DNA from: an uncultured Flavobacteriaceae bacterium
GTDB taxonomy: Bacteria; Pseudomonadota; Alphaproteobacteria; Micropepsales; Micropepsaceae
Direction: 5' to 3'
DNA: 64,000 bases
NCBI GenBank assembly: GCA_964494625.1
Contig: CAZBRT010000004.1
Span: 10,578-74,577 of the forward strand
Under the pieces are notes generated by a model. That model ran no database searches. It was not told where the DNA came from and was given only the letters and a program-made list of their open reading frames with translations. Positions 62,926 through 64,000 of the stretch are shown here, one piece after another (position 1 is the stretch's first letter; every line of letters begins with the position of its first letter). Made by a program: the position numbers and the translations under genes.

Positions 62926-64000
62926 CTAGCCTTGACGTGCCCGCCGAAGAATGTCGGCCATGAAGTCCCGCGCACCCTGAAGCTCCGGGTCAGAATCGAG
63001 ATCGCGATGTTCGAGGACTTTTTCGACGAAGCCGGGTCCATGCCCGCCATCGATGCTCCGACAAAAACCTTCTAACTCGCCTTCCGGCACGATCGACAAC
63101 CCCACCGTCGAGCACCGCATAAGTATGCTATCAAACTTTTTCACTGCTTCGCCTTGAGGGAGCCCCGCTCTTCCTGCACGCTTCACATCGTCCCAAGGGG
63201 AGACCGTCTTGAATATGCGATTTATCGCCTTTTCCTTTTCCTTTGGGAAAGGTTCTGTCCCCCCAACGCCTTGCAACTCGCTTCGAATCATTTCTGCAAC
63301 CTGCTCAGCATTGAGCGGCGGCTTCCTGCTTTCAATCGCGGTCTTTAGAGCCTTCCAGTCGCCCTTTACTGCGTCCCATGATCCACCAAGCGTTACAAGC
63401 AATTTGCGGAATGTGTGCTCTACGTTCAGTAGATCAACATCTGCAATCACCGTAACCGGAACGTCCAATTCCTTGAGCATAACGGCTAGATTGGCCATGC
63501 GATGCTTACCTGCGGCGTGAATGAAGAGCACGTCCGCGCGGCGTGTACCTGATACGGCATTTGTTTTCAGAATAGAGCTGTAGAACAAGCAATCGGCATC
63601 GGATTCGCAGATAACAACATGCTGATAGAAAATGCCCCCGAACACGTTGGAGTATCGGGTGAGCGTGTCGCTAGCGATTTCAGCCGTACGTTCCTTGCTA
63701 AGCTCTTTGACGCGATTGACCGATTCGTGGCGTTGGATACGAACGATCCGGACCTTGTTTGCGCCGCCGGAAATTAGACCTTCGAGAACATCCGCACTGT
63801 GGGTTGCGATGAATAGCTGTGACTTCGCTTTCCGTTCGCGCGCGATGAGTTCCCCAATCAATCTAGCTTGGGGTGGGTGCAAGAACGCTTCTGGCTCATC
63901 AAGAAATTGAATAGAGTGATTATCGGCAACAAGTATGTAAAGCAGAACCGTCGCAAAGCTCCGCATTCCATCGCCTTGCGCTTCTAACGGAGTAGCTTGC
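62926..64000 (-). CDS. OLD-family ATP-dependent nuclease (ABC-type ATPase + Toprim), 5' end outside the window
   Basis: QGDGMRSF signature-like, FLDEPEAFLHP Walker B and IATHS. The Toprim-like part is VVICESDADCLFY...VTVIADVDLL. The reading frame stays open to position 64000. Confidence 0.8.
   Translation of the reverse strand, partial: QATPLEAQGDGMRSFATVLLYILVADNHSIQFLDEPEAFLHPPQARLIGELIARERKAKSQLFIATHSADVLEGLISGGANKVRIVRIQRHESVNRVKELSKERTAEIASDTLTRYSNVFGGIFYQHVVICESDADCLFYSSILKTNAVSGTRRADVLFIHAAGKHRMANLAVMLKELDVPVTVIADVDLLNVEHTFRKLLVTLGGSWDAVKGDWKALKTAIESRKPPLNAEQVAEMIRSELQGVGGTEPFPKEKEKAINRIFKTVSPWDDVKRAGRAGLPQGEAVKKFDSILMRCSTVGLSIVPEGELEGFCRSIDGGHGPGFVEKVLEHRDLDSDPELQGARDFMADILRRARQG

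Larger units (their letters stand above)
49149..64000. mobile_element. tRNA-Pro-associated genomic island (left end at the tRNA 3' end; right end beyond the window)
   Basis: Abrupt change from conserved housekeeping synteny to hypothetical and MGE-type genes (AlpA HTH, P-loop helicase, OLD nuclease). Contains AT-rich and coding-poor patches and internal 168-bp repeats. No integrase or att repeat is seen in the window. Confidence 0.7.

Overview
High-GC alphaproteobacterial chromosome segment; the gene order looks Hyphomicrobiales/Rhizobiales-like, but no species is claimed. Positions 1-49,148 are densely packed, conserved housekeeping DNA: dapA-smpB, folK, rpoZ-spoT-pdxJ-acpS-lepB-rnc-era-recO, parC, a TRAP transporter operon, bpt, a motB-like gene, a penicillin-acylase-family gene, mscL, hemB, a valine-catabolism cluster (acyl-CoA dehydrogenase / 3-hydroxyisobutyryl-CoA hydrolase / mmsB), hemA, mucR, glyA, nrdR-ribD-ribE-ribB(X)-ribH-nusB-thiL, hppA, bamE, yceD-rpmF-plsX-fabH, and ihfA plus a MerR-family gene. 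This block ends in tRNA-Pro(GGG) at 49,072-49,148. Directly after the tRNA the character changes and stays changed to the window end at 64,000. Genes there are mostly hypothetical or of mobile-element type, there are AT-rich and coding-poor patches, and there is internal repeat structure. I read this as a tRNA-Pro-associated genomic island whose right end, and any integrase, lie outside the window. The island has two parts. A plus-strand AlpA-HTH / P-loop helicase module spans 49.2-52.9 kb. A long minus-strand gene string spans 53.9-64 kb and encodes DUF3293, a truncated two-domain beta-clamp-like protein, unknown proteins, a vWA protein, a MerR-HTH-vWA fusion, a protein with an IS110-C-terminal-like helix-hairpin-helix patch, and an OLD-family ATPase/Toprim nuclease cut by the window edge. 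The best candidate for an undescribed system is the MerR-vWA + vWA pair (56.2-59.4 kb) together with its upstream unknown genes, sitting next to the OLD nuclease. The 168-bp direct repeats bracketing the clamp-like gene are the most striking sequence-level oddity. All functional calls rest on recognising motifs by eye in the supplied translations. No database search was run.
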